Both the position numbers and the translations under genes were made by a program. This document shows, piece after piece, positions 12,265 through 24,398 of a stretch of 64,000 nt of DNA. Below the pieces are notes generated by a model. The model saw only the letters and a list, made by a program, of their open reading frames with translations. It searched no databases and was not told where the DNA came from. The first letter of the stretch is position 1, and each line of letters begins with the position of its first letter. This DNA is from Camelus dromedarius (taxonomy: Eukaryota), in contig NC_087437.1 of NCBI RefSeq assembly GCF_036321535.1, forward strand, positions 54,686,001 to 54,750,000, in the 5' to 3' direction.

Positions 12265-12378
12265 AACAATAAGATACATACATACATATTGATTTCTTAA
12301 CTGTTTTCTTCTCCTTTGCAAGGTGTTGTCTTATATGCACCATGCTTTGAAGATCACTGTTATAACAGTGATTTAGAC

Positions 12379-12426
12379 CAGTGGTTTTCAAAACTGGCCA
12401 GACATCAGAAAAACTTGGGGAACATT

Positions 12427-12462
<36 letters not shown>

Positions 12463-12604
12463 TCACAAAAATCCCTGGGCCTCATATCAGTCCTACAGAA
12501 TCAGAATCTCAGGGAATGTGCCCCAGAAATCTGCATTAAAACAAAATAAACTACAGCTCTCTCAATATTTCTGATTGATGCTCAGCCAAAGTTTGGGAAC
12601 CATT
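12379..12604. mobile_element. MER5A-like hAT-Charlie non-autonomous DNA transposon
   Basis: TIR-like ends cagtggttttcaaaact...aagtttgggaaccatt and internal gaatcagaatctc...aatctgcatt. Confidence 0.7.
12429..12458. repeat. (AC)15 microsatellite
   Basis: Seen directly. Confidence 0.95.
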
Positions 12605-15544
12605 TGTTTATTTCAGTAACTCCAGGGGCCAGTGTTTTAACACCCTTGAACCTTCTCCAGGTCCTGTGGATACAGGCTCTCTCCTTAATTAATGATAGTG
12701 GCTATTGAAGTCTTATGCATCTTTTATCATATGAACAACATAGAGATTCAGGGACTCCAATCATCCTTCAGGCTGCTGTCCTTTCCGCTCCATGCTTTCA
12801 TCATAAATACCAATTTCCTGCATATATTGTCCCAAAGAATTTTAATGAGTCCAAAAACAGAAGATGTAAATAAAAAAAGAAAGATTCTTCTAGAATGCCT
12901 CAGTAATGCCCAAGCTTCTGCTCATAGAGCACTTGGTATTGTATAACTTCAGGTAGCGATGCCTGAAATCTCAGCCGATTTTGGGTCATGACAGGCCTAT
13001 GTAAATCGTCTATAAATGGATTCATTATGGATATTACAAAAATAAATCCAGCACCTAAGCCTTTGGGCAAATACACCTTTTAAAGAAATCATACCTTGGA
13101 ACAATGAATGACCCCAGGAGCTGTAAAAGAAAAAAAAATTATGGTATTATATTTTTATCACCCTTCCTTGATTTTACAGTATCCAGGGACAGGACTGCTG
13201 ACAACAGCATTAGGGACAGAGGAGCACAGGTCTCTGACGTGTGACACCTCGAGCCTCCTAGCACTTTGGCCTGCTAGCATTCTCTCTTTGTTATCCATCC
13301 TGTGTGTTGTTTTGTATGTTGCTGTTTTCAAACAGAATAAATGGTCTGCTAGACATGTAATAGCCACCATATACCCATGAGGTTGCGTTCTGCAAATTAA
13401 GTACCATAAAAGAGTATGAGGGATGTGTTGTAGGAGGAATTGGGGAAAGTTTCACAGAGGGGACATCTGAGCGAAGTCTTGGAGAGTGAGTTAGTGGTAA
13501 GCTGGGCAGAAAAGGGCAGTGGACAACATGACACGCCAAGCAAAGGGAACGGCATGTGTGAAAGCAGAGAAAGGTGCCCGTTCTGACCCTTGTAATACTA
13601 GCAGCTCTTTGCTGACGTCCTAAGGCAGTGCATCTGGGCTTTTGGGAGCTTTGCAATATGAGCAAACTAACTTCACTCTGAGCAGACTCAACATCTAGTG
13701 TGCTTTAACACATAGCTCTAGGAATAGCTCCAGGAAGTTGGGTAGCTACGAAGGGAAGCACCAAGAAACAAGAGCACACCTACCGATCTTATTACACACA
13801 GCATGGGCGAGAGGTACCATCCTGATGGTCCTGGGCAGAAGGATTATGCCACTTCAAGTGTCTACCGTGCTTGAGAATGAAATGTTTCCATATGTACAGA
13901 TGCTAAGACAAAAAAGCAGGGGGGAAAAAACCAATTCTCTTTTAGAATTCTCTCCAAACTAAGTCAAAGCAGCCTTTTTACCTAGTCAAACATGCGTCTT
14001 TAAGAATGTGAGATGTGAGCCAACTAAAAAAAAACTTTTTTCCTGTTCTGGTTTAGCTGTTTTTTGGGGTGATCCTGGGAAAATAGGAAGCAGTGAAAAG
14101 CAGTGAAAGAAGGGCTTTATTAAGAAATATTCATTATAGCTTGCAACTTTGTGTGTGTGTGAAAATAGATTTCGAAGTACTTTGCCACATAATATCTAAT
14201 CTAATCACCACCATATCCTATAAAGTTATTATAGTTCCTATATTATTAAGGTTCCTAGAGTCAAATTAAAAATCTGAGATTCAGAGGACCCATGGTGAAG
14301 CTTATAAATGTAGAAGCCACATTTGACCAAATTTGAGTATTTTCCTGTAAGTGAAGCATCAGTAATATATGGTAACTACTGTATAATAATTGTTTATTAG
14401 CAAACAGTTTACTAATAATTGCTATCAGTAAAACAATTTCTGTGGCAGAACGTTGTTGTAAGGATGTGAAAAACTTTTAAATGGATGTATTAATCATTTC
14501 ATCTGAAGTCTACTCTGCCTTACTGTTCACCTAATCTTTTCAGTTACACTAAAAAGGACAGGGATCATCACCCTCGATCTACAGAGAATATAATACAAAG
14601 TGAAACAGCCAGCGCAGGGCAGAGCTGGGATTTGAATCTTTGCTTCCTAACATCACCAGAGTTTCAGAGCTTTTCCTTGGTATTCCATTGCATCTCATGT
14701 TAATGCTATTACTATTTTTTATTAAAAGAGGAAAAAAATTCTCACCGTTACTTTTCCTGATCATTATCATTCAGAGCTGTCTGGAAATTAAATTTGTCCG
14801 AATAGCATGTGGAAATTACTTAGAATCACCTGTGCATGGATGTGTATGGGATAATGTACGAAAGTATAAAACAGTCAGAGTAATCTCTTTAAATCATTAC
14901 CAAGAAGATGTTATTTCAGAGAGCCTTTGGAATAACTATTTGAAATATCCATTAATTCTGATGAATTATGTCATCTTGCTTAGACTTGTTGAATATCACT
15001 GGCAGTTTTGTTTGCATTAAGTGAAATTAAAATGACATTTAAATTTGCTGATATTTTTGCTATTGGTCTGTTTCTATATTATAATGACTGTGGATTTTTA
15101 AGTGCTTCCTTTGTAAAAGTTATTTATTGGGAAAGAAATCTCCAAGTTATATGATGTGTATCTAGAAATATCACCATTTGAGGTGTCATACATACCCACC
15201 CAGCGTGGTTCCCGGTAGATTGAGTTTACGTTTTCGTGTCTCACCCTCCGCATTTACTTCTGTTCCCCTACCAGGCCCAATTCATATGCATCTCATGCCA
15301 TTTTTATTGAACAGAGCTCCATAATAGATAGGAAAATAGTAAAAACACATGTTAGCCCTTAAGCAGTTTATATTTGCATCAGAACCCTGACATATGAAAA
15401 TGATTAGGTAACTAACAATATAAAGCTATAAATTCTGTTTGTGAAGTGGCTTTATGGTTAACTTCTCAAAGGGTTTGGAAAGAAGAGTTTACTCGGGGCC
15501 AGGACAGGATCGGCAGGACAAGAGGGCAGGACAAGAGGGGAAGG

Positions 15545-15900
15545 CAGTGGTTAAACACGTAGACTCTAACATCATACAGATCTGGGTTTGAATTTTAATT
15601 TTACCCCTGACTTCTCTAGGAACTTGGGCTACCTAGGTTAAGTAGCTACTGAAGCTCTCTCAGTGTGGTTGTTGTTTTGGTTTCTTTTGTTCATTTTTGT
15701 TTTTTAAATGGAGATACTGAGGATTGCACTGAGGACCTTGTGCATGCTAAGCACGTGCTCTACCACCTGAGCTATACCCTCCCCTCTCTCAATATGTTCT
15801 AACATCTAAAATAGAGATACGTGTATCTCAAAGAGTTGTTTTCAAAGTTAAGTGAATAAATTGGTATAGTATGTGGCACAAAATAATGGTTAAGTCAGTA
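15545..15900 (+). mobile_element. MIR, interrupted by a younger SINE
   Basis: gcagtggttaaacacgtagactct...atctgggtttgaat... resumes after 15796 with catctaaaatagagata...agagttgtt...ttaagtgaataa. Confidence 0.6.
15668..15784 (-). mobile_element. tRNA-Ala-derived SINE, Vic-1-like (camelid), with A-rich tail and imperfect 13-bp TSD
   Basis: Reverse strand reads ggggagggtatagctcaggtggtagagcacgtgcttagcatgcacaaggtcctcagtgcaatcctcagtatctcc plus an A-rich tail. TSD ctctctcagtgtg (15655-15667) / ctctctcaatatg (15784-15796). Confidence 0.8.
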
Positions 15901-18900
15901 GAAGCTGCCACCATTAATGTTACTGTATTGTTAATTAAAATCAAAGTGTGAACATTAACCCTGAGGGTAATAACTCATAGTTTTTTAATAGATAAATTTT
16001 TAATCTTAATTATCCAAATATAACTCTTTCTGGGCACTTCTGAAAATAACCCTGGTTTTACCCTTTTTTGTTCTATGGTAACGTTTCGCTAGTTGACATT
16101 TTAGGACCGGCTTGTCTTATTCCTGCTGGAATTATGATGTGGATGATATGTCCTTTTTTGTGTTTGCAAAACATCTTTCTCAGAGAGAGACTTTACTTGG
16201 ATTGTGTCAATATGGAAGAAAAATAATAGTCATATTTATGGTATCTTTTTAAGAAGGAGCACTTTTACTATTGAACTAGTGTTACAGATAATAATGTAAG
16301 TGAACTTTATATAAAGCAAGTTGTGTAAGTAAACCAGTGATTTTTATTAATTTTTAAAATCTTTTGTTTTCCAAATTATCAAATGAGGCAGAGAGATTTT
16401 AGAGATGTTATTAATTATATCTTCACAGAAAAAAATAATTAATTAATTTGCTTAGGAATTTTATCTTGGGTTCTATTCAATCTCTGGGATTCATACTTGG
16501 AATTTAGCCAGTCTCCTGAAATTGCGTTTAAACTTGGTCCATGTGTATGTCTATTTCAGAGAAAGGGTCCGTATGTCATCAAACCCTCAAAGAGGTGCTT
16601 AACTCACTCATTAAGAAAGATAACATCCCTTGCCTAAGAGGTCACCAGTCTCCCAAGCCAGTTATATTAATACTGCTTAAATAAAAGCCAGGTTTTCATC
16701 TTCCTCTTGCCAAATGTAGGCGACATTCTCTCTAAAGAGAAATTAGTGTTTGGTGGTGGTGGCAGAGGGGGTTCTAATAATTATACTAGAAAATACAGTG
16801 AATGTACAATACAATGTACAGTATGTACGCACAATTCTATCATGGTGTATGGTTTTGAAACATGTTCATATCTATTTGCACACCTCCTCCAGGCGGTACA
16901 TATGTAAGCTGAGGCATGGAGATGGATAGGGCATGGGTTCTGTCCTCTGAGAGGGAGGCCACGCGGAGGTATTCATACCCATTTGATAGTTGAGGAGTTG
17001 GAGGTTCTGTGATGAGACTGCTTGTCCCCAATCCTACAGGTAGAAAAGAGTCAAGAGGGGATTCTTGAGTTCTTTTTAGTGCAGTATACTTTCTGGTGCC
17101 TAGTACATAACTATTGCCCCTGCATTTTTACTTATTTCTCTTATATGTGAATTTAAAATGTCATATTTGTTCTGCTTCCATTATTGCAGTTTTGAATGAT
17201 GATTCATCAGTGCAGTGGCCTATTTTAGTGAACCACAATAGCTTGGGTCGAAAGAAAAAAAAAAAGATTTAACATACTCAGGAATGGAAAGCAGCCATCT
17301 TTTTATAGCTAAAATTGCAAACATCTGGCAATTACTCTAGTCTACCTCCCTTCATAAAAAGAAGACCCGTCCCTTCCACTGGAGCCTGCTGCTGCGTTTA
17401 ATCAAGGCAGCTCTGCATGCCTCAAGGAGCAATAGGTTTTGATTCAAGGAGGCTATTGCCTAACCCAGTTGGCCAGAGTCTCTTTGGAAAGGACGCCATT
17501 TGATACTCCCTGTATGCTACTGTGTTATATAATGATAATAGTGGTAATATCGCAATTAATGACTGTAGAAAATCCCCTGTTGCCTTCCCGCCGTGGCTCA
17601 TTTGTGGTGTTCTTATGGCAGCTTTTACATTTTGGAAGTTGACTGTTCAGGTCAAGCATGCCTCTCTTCATCCCCTGGAGCTTTCTGTGCTCCTGTACAG
17701 AAGGTTCAACTCCATCAACGCAAGCCACAATTACGGACTTGATTTTGTTATAAACTGGTCTAGTAAAATGTTGAAGGAACAAATCCATTTCTTTTGAAAG
17801 GCTGACAGGGTTCTCATAGTCAAAAAGCAATCTCTCCGTGGTTATGATCCTTTCCTACCCCACCCTTCTTTCTTATTGTGATAATTGTTTGTGAAACTAG
17901 TTCTTCCCTCCCTGGCAAAAGTCAGCTCTGTTGGCAGGGGAAGTGAGAATGGCTGGTGGTTTGCAATAAGGGCTGAGAATCAGAACTTCTGCATTTTTCT
18001 CTTGGGGCCAGTGCCAGCTTTCACTCTGACCTTGACCAATGCACTTACCTTTCTATTCCCCATTTACCTTTCTCTTCCTCTGAGCCACTGGAGGCGAGAG
18101 GTGAACTTTTCCCTTCCCAGGTTCTGCCAACTTTATTACCACTGTTCCCTTTGGCTGTTGGGTATCTTGGTCAATAATCATTAGTAATGGTGGAGGGATG
18201 GAAAAGATGTAGTATGAAGAAAAAAAAAGGTTCAAGGGCATGGTGATTTTCAAAAACAACTTCAAGTACTAAAAATAGCCTGTTTTCTAGTGTTACAGTG
18301 TTAGCATATTATGGTGCTTGGAAATCATCGACATTCAGTGGGGGCCTTGAGCTAATTTTACATTTGCTTTTATGCATTTGGTAGAATTGTGTTTCGTACT
18401 CAGAGCCACAGCTTTACTCTTGATATACTAATTTTGCTGAGCTCTCCCTCCGGCCAGTCTTCCCTAAATCCCAGTGAATTTTGCAAACATCTCATTTACC
18501 TAAGTGCAGCTTTGGAAGAGATGAGATTGTGACTAGGGGGGTTTCTGGTTTAAAAAAAACAAGTAAGAGAAGAAAAGGAGCAAAAACTCCTAACAACTCA
18601 GAACGCAGATCTTCCTGTCACCTCCGACAAGGTGTTTCTCTGGCTTTTCTTGAATATTTCTAGAGCAGGAAACTGAAACTGCCCTTTCTGTCTTTGGGCA
18701 GCTCTGATGTTTTAGGCAAGTTTGTCTTTATTTTGACTTGAAATTTACTTTCATAAAATGTGGGCATATATCTTAGTCTTATAAATTTATAATCTCTAGC
18801 CATGGAGTTTTGTTAGTACTTAAAGTTATGAAAGCTTGCCCTCGGGCGGGGGAGGTGGGGGATCTGTAACAGTCTGATCATTTCTCCGTAGTTGTCATCC

Positions 18901-21900
18901 AGTCCTCATTAAGTAGGACCTCTCCCTTCACTCACTTTTGAGTTACAAATCTCTGGGAAAGGAATGGTGAAGAGCAAACAGAAACAAATAAAACAGGTGC
19001 TTATTCTAATGAGACATCATCAAAGTCATCTTGCCAACTAGCAGCTTTGGCCTTAAGAGCAGGAACTCTCTGATGGTCACCATTAAATGCACAATGTCTA
19101 ACCCGGCTGAGCTGCAGAGGAATCATTCAATGAATATTTAATGAATAAATAATAAGTATGTAGTTTATTAAGGTGGCTCAGTTCAAATTAAATATACAAC
19201 AACAGATAGCTTTAAATATAACAATTATTTAGAAAATATGGTGGTACGAGTTCCCTTTTGCAGAGAGAATAAAGCTTGAAACACCTAGGCATACATTTAA
19301 TGAGAGATAAGAAACCTCTACATCCACACAGCAGCAACAAAACAAAACAATAACGCCCAGCCTCTCTGGAAGGACATAAGACTCAGCAGCAATTCCCCTG
19401 ATGCAGATCTGTCTGTTTAAGCAATCTCAAGTTTGCCTTGGCTTCAGCATGTGGTGGAGGGAGTGGGTGTATTTTATTTATAGAGACACTCATGTTTCTT
19501 TTGGATTAAAAGATATTTTCCCATATTCAGGTGAACCCTGCTGCTCCACAAATCTACCTTTGGTCCTTGTACCCTGGCAGATTGCAAAGAAAAGTCCTTT
19601 TCCCTATATAAGCCCTTCAAGCCTTACAAGATAGCAATGTGTTCCTCACTCCATCTTTGTGTATGTCCCTCACTGCATCTTCCTCCCCTCCTTCAAGCTG
19701 AACCGTTCCATTGCGTGGTTCCTCAAGCTTTTAATTATTTTATTCAGCGTATCTTAGAAAGCCTCATTTATCAGGACCCAGAACTGAATTTAATACTATT
19801 GGATGCAGATAGAAAATGGCAAAATTCTCTGAGGAATTCCTTTTCCTTATCAAAGGTGCAAGTACCAAGAATTGCCTTTACAATTTCAGCACAGTTTTTC
19901 AGGCTTACTTATAGGACTATTTTATGTGGTATTATTGTGGTTGACTTAAAAAAAAACTCATTATATTTTTGAAAATACTCTTTTTCCTTCACTTTAAGTG
20001 GAAAAGAATACAAAGCTTGGAGGAGTAGTAAGGCCAACAAAAGAATTTAGACCTTTCCTGTGATTAGGTTAAGTAGCTCAATTACAAGCTACTTTGTGAT
20101 GGGCAAATAGGATTTATAGTTAAATAAGTAAGTGGAAGTTCTCGGAACCCAAGCAAGTCTAAATTTTGAGGAAACAAACTGGAAAAGTTAATAGTTCAGA
20201 ATGAGTCATAGTGAAGGCAAAAGTGAGACTATTAAGAAGACTGTCAGAGTTACCCATGTGATTTTTTTTTTTTTTTGCGGTAGCTGTCCTTGGTTTAGCT
20301 TCTTCATGGGTTTAAGTTGTTTTACAGTTATTTAATTTTTCTTCTGTTTATTGCGCTTTTCTTGAGAAAGGGCAGTCGGCTGCTTTCCCTCTGTCTATGC
20401 CCGGGATTTGTTATTTGGATCTCCCAGTTACGTGCTATCCCTGCCTGGTTGTAGCATTCTTAACGCATGGGTTAACTGGAAAAGTGAGCATCAAAAACTC
20501 TTAAAACTCAACCTTTAAGTGGAAGATGATGAAGTGGCAGCAGTCATTCCACAGTTATACTTACTGTTGTGATTTATAATCTCATGCATTTGTTGAGAAT
20601 GTAAAGAACACACAGAGTAATAGGGGCAGGTGATTCAACACCTGTAGATACGTGGAGAGAGGTAGTACAGGAGACATCATCTCTGCAAACTTCTAAGATC
20701 TCCCTGTGGCAACCTAAGAAGGCAGAGGCATAGTCGTGGGCTTCAAACTCAAAGCCAGATAGACAAGGCCAAGTTCAATAAAGTTGAAAACAGTTTCATA
20801 CCATCACTGATGGCACTGAGCCCTCCACCCCACTCCTCCACCTTGATTTAGATATTGGGGGGGTTATATAGATTTTATTTGTTCTGATATTTCTCTTTCA
20901 ATTCATCTAAGTTTTTTCTCCTCAGGCTTCCTGGATGCCCAATAATGTTACTGTTTCAGAGAGCTTCAGCCATAGTTCCCTTTAAAGATAGAGTATTTTG
21001 AAACATCACCTTTTCCAAGTAGTGAATCTATAGCATTCCTCAGAAGTGTATCTCACGCGGTTTGCTCTGTATGGGATACAGCCCAGATGAAAAACAACCT
21101 GTATGGAGATATTGTCAGTTCTAGACTGAATTTGTTACGGGGCATTGCTGCCTCTTATCCTAGAGAACAGTCTCAGTCCAAGACTGAGGAAGGAGGCATC
21201 TTAGGACCTGTGCCCATTTTGGGGACCACCAAGGAATCTTCCTTCTCTGAAATAGCTGCCAGAACACTTGTTGGTAAGAGATCAGTTAGTTGGGCGTTTG
21301 CTGGAAGTTGAGGAAGCACAAAGCTAGGGTCATACAGGGAATCCCAGGGCAAAAGGCTCTTAGTGAGAATCTGGGCACCATTGTTGAAGTGCCCTTTAAG
21401 CATCCTGTTTTCAGAAATAAACTCACCCCTAGTAATATCTGTTATTTCTTCCCCAGAGTATGAAGAACCCAAATCTTAGTTAATAGCTTGGATCTATCAC
21501 AAAGTTAGACTTTGTTTTGAATACAACCTCAGAATTGTGTGTACATACTCCATTGACAGGAGAGAACAAATAACCTGCTAGAATAGAGGAAATTTTACCA
21601 TTAGCTCTACCAGAAAGGAATTGGTGGCTGGTCCAGAAGGCAGCCACTGTGCATGACAGGAGCTAACCGGAAGGACATGTGGCCCAATGGAAAGGACACT
21701 TCTTTGTGGCACACCTATGGCCTACGTACATCACCAACACTCAGTATTGGTTTCCCCAATCGTAAGACAATGAGATGGAACAATATTATCTCTTCACTTC
21801 CTTCCTGATCCATATGAAAGTATGATTCAGCCACAAAAATTGCATAAAATTGGTTACTCCTGAAAGGCATGGAGTACAATTGTTCCTGTAGAATATCATG

Positions 21901-22089
21901 ATTGTGGTAAGGCTGTGAAATGGACCACAGGCTCTCCATTCTGTGCGCTCTCAGCATGTTCCTCTGCTGCCCCCATGCCCTCTCAGCTCTTCCATTCTAG
22001 GTTAATACCCTCAAACATTCTTTTTTTCTGACACCAGAGAAAAATATAAATTCATGTTCTTAACTACATACAGTTCACGAGGAAGCTAA

Positions 22090-22300
22090 TATTTTATTTG
22101 TATCTACTGTATGCCAGGCATCTGATATATCATCTTTACATCGTTATTTGAAATGTGGTAAAAGTGGTACTATTATTTCAAATGTTCAAATAATGAAATT
22201 GAGGCTCAGAGAGAGAATCAATAAATTGCCTGATGTCACATGGCTAATAAATAATGAATCTTTAGTTTGAATCCAGCCATCTCTAGATCTGAATTTCATG
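22090..22300 (-). mobile_element. MIR
   Basis: tactgtatgccaggca...aatgaaattgaggctcagagagag...ttgcctgatgtcacatggctaataa...tttgaatccag. Confidence 0.65.
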
Positions 22301-22369
22301 ATCTATTATATTTTGTTTGCTGACTCCCAAAACCTGTACAAGAAATATATGTTAAATGTGCTCACACTG

Positions 22370-22454
22370 AGATACAGATATACAGATATATATCTATATC
22401 TATATATAGCTAATCTACCTATATCTATATATTCATGGCTAGCTAGCTAGCTAT
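22370..22454. repeat. Degenerate (TATC/TA)n plus (GCTA)4 simple repeats
   Basis: Seen directly. Confidence 0.75.
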
Positions 22455-23212
22455 CCAAAAGACAGAGGTCTGCATCTTTGAGAGTGTGCCAAAGTGGAAC
22501 TTTGCCAGAAGAACTTCTATTTTTAATAGAAATCAGAGCCTTAAATTGAAGGCATGAAGTTCTAATGATATATGTTTGGATATCAGTTAGGGGAGGAATC
22601 TGGGGGGCATATACTACAGATGATATATGAACTTGGTCTTCTGGTAAGAGCATGTTAAAGAAAAAGTTCTTCCAAGTTAACCTCATGGTGGGGAGAAGAG
22701 GACGGATGAGTGTCTGGCTGTCTGCCTGATTCTTTGAGGTAGTACAAAGGAAACATTAACTAGGGAAGGTACATTGGATGAAGATTCAGAATCTTTGTTA
22801 CTTCTTTAAACTATTTATTTTTTAAAAAATCCTAGTCTGTTTTGAGGGCATCAAAATCTTTAGAGAGGAACCTGTAACCATTTCTTTTTCCGTTTACTGA
22901 AATGTGTGGGTTGGGGGAGTGGATAGAGCCTCCAGAGATGAGAAGAGTTTTTATCTGAACACTCATTTGTTTATTCATTCAGCAAACATACATTGAGCAC
23001 CTGGGACATTTAAGGTGTCCCAAGAGCTGTGTAGGATAAGATAAACAAGCTGTGCACTTTACTTTGGCTGTGTGTTGGAGAAAAGAAAGGTAGACTGGGG
23101 GACTCTGGCCAAGAAGCTATTTAAGAGTTTCCTTGCAACTTTGCCTTTATCCAGGCTGGTGATGAACCCAGAACATTTTTGGTCTATTTGTTTACCTATG
23201 AAACAAAAATTC

Positions 23213-23343
23213 ATATTTATATATATTAACATGTGTTTTATATATATATATTTATATATATATATAAATATATACCTTCCAAACTTTTTTTTGACACAAA
23301 TGGCAGTAAGAAATACATTTTTTATTTATATATATATAAATAA
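23213..23343. repeat. (TA)n tract interrupted by a 46-bp duplicated segment (23276-23321)
   Basis: TA repeats on both sides; the insert is identical to 24207-24252. Confidence 0.9.
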
Positions 23344-24200
23344 GGAGGTGCCATGGAGCCTTTATTGGAAGGTATTTCAATATGAATATTGGCTGCTGTA
23401 ATAATGAGTACAGTTGATCCATCATGACCACTGTTTAAATGAAGATGGGGAAATCCTTAGACCCTCGTAAAAAATGACCCTGGAAATCTTGGTCCAATGG
23501 TTGTGAGGGGGTTAATGAGAATCCATCGTTTTGTAGCCAGGCCAACCATCTTGCATGAGCCCTGTCAGGATGTTGTCTGCATGCCATCTTTGCTGATCAC
23601 AGTAATCGGGTCATAGGAGAAAGAAAAGTGATAGAGTGTCTCTTAGCAACCAACCCCGGGAGAAAGAGAAAATTACTCAAACCCGGCCATCCAGCCAGGG
23701 AAGTAGGAAAAAAATAGTCTGAAAGTCTGCTGAGAGTGCTCAGGAACATGACTCCTATGTGATGCCTCCCATAGGCTGGCTTGAGTCTCTTTAAAAAAAA
23801 AAAAAGAAAAGTAGGAAATAAATAAGAGTCAAACAAAAAAAAAAATTCTCTAAAACTGAAACCTCTTTTCTTTGCCTTCCTTCCTCTCTCTTGTGGTAAT
23901 TTTTTTTTTTTTTTTAAACTTAGAAAGAGGGAGAAAGGGGCAAAGGGTGGGTAGGGACCAAAGAATCTTTTTCTCCTAAAACAGGAACTTGGTAGTCCAA
24001 AGCCCGAGTGCATGCTGGGGGTGGGAGGTGGTGTCACTTCATCGTGCCCGGTGCTTCCAGTTGAGAATTCCTGTGCAAGGAACAAGGATGGAAAGTCTAT
24101 AATCATTTTATAAGACCTGCTTTTGCCCACCCTGCTCGTTAACTGTATAGCAGTCAGCTCTGTCGATGTTGATATTTATCACTACAGACTTTGGCCCAAG

Positions 24201-24398
24201 TAGTGGCTTCCAAACTTTTTTTTGACACAAATGGCAGTAAGAAATACATTTTACATTGATAATTACACAAAGATACAACAGAAAATTTTGCTTAACATTT
24301 TTCTATTCTATTTCACTTTTAAAAAATACTTTTGGTGATCCAGTAAACTGACTTTATAATTCATTAATGAGTTGCTTTCTCCAGCTTGAAAAACACTA
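24201..24398. mobile_element. Old hAT-Charlie-type non-autonomous DNA transposon (MER), family not assigned
   Basis: TIR-like ends tagtggcttccaaac...gcttgaaaaacacta and internal cagtaagaaatacattttaca. A related element seems to lie in opposite orientation at about 43872-44120. Confidence 0.6.

Noticed and set aside
15708..15784. tRNA-Ala gene on the minus strand
   Set aside because: Degraded T-loop/B box, non-pairing acceptor stem, A-rich tail and TSD indicate a SINE.
23597..24130. 177-aa minus-strand ORF and the other 60-165 aa ORFs in the track
   Set aside because: Low-complexity or repeat-derived, with no recognisable domains or exon structure; expected by chance in 64 kb.
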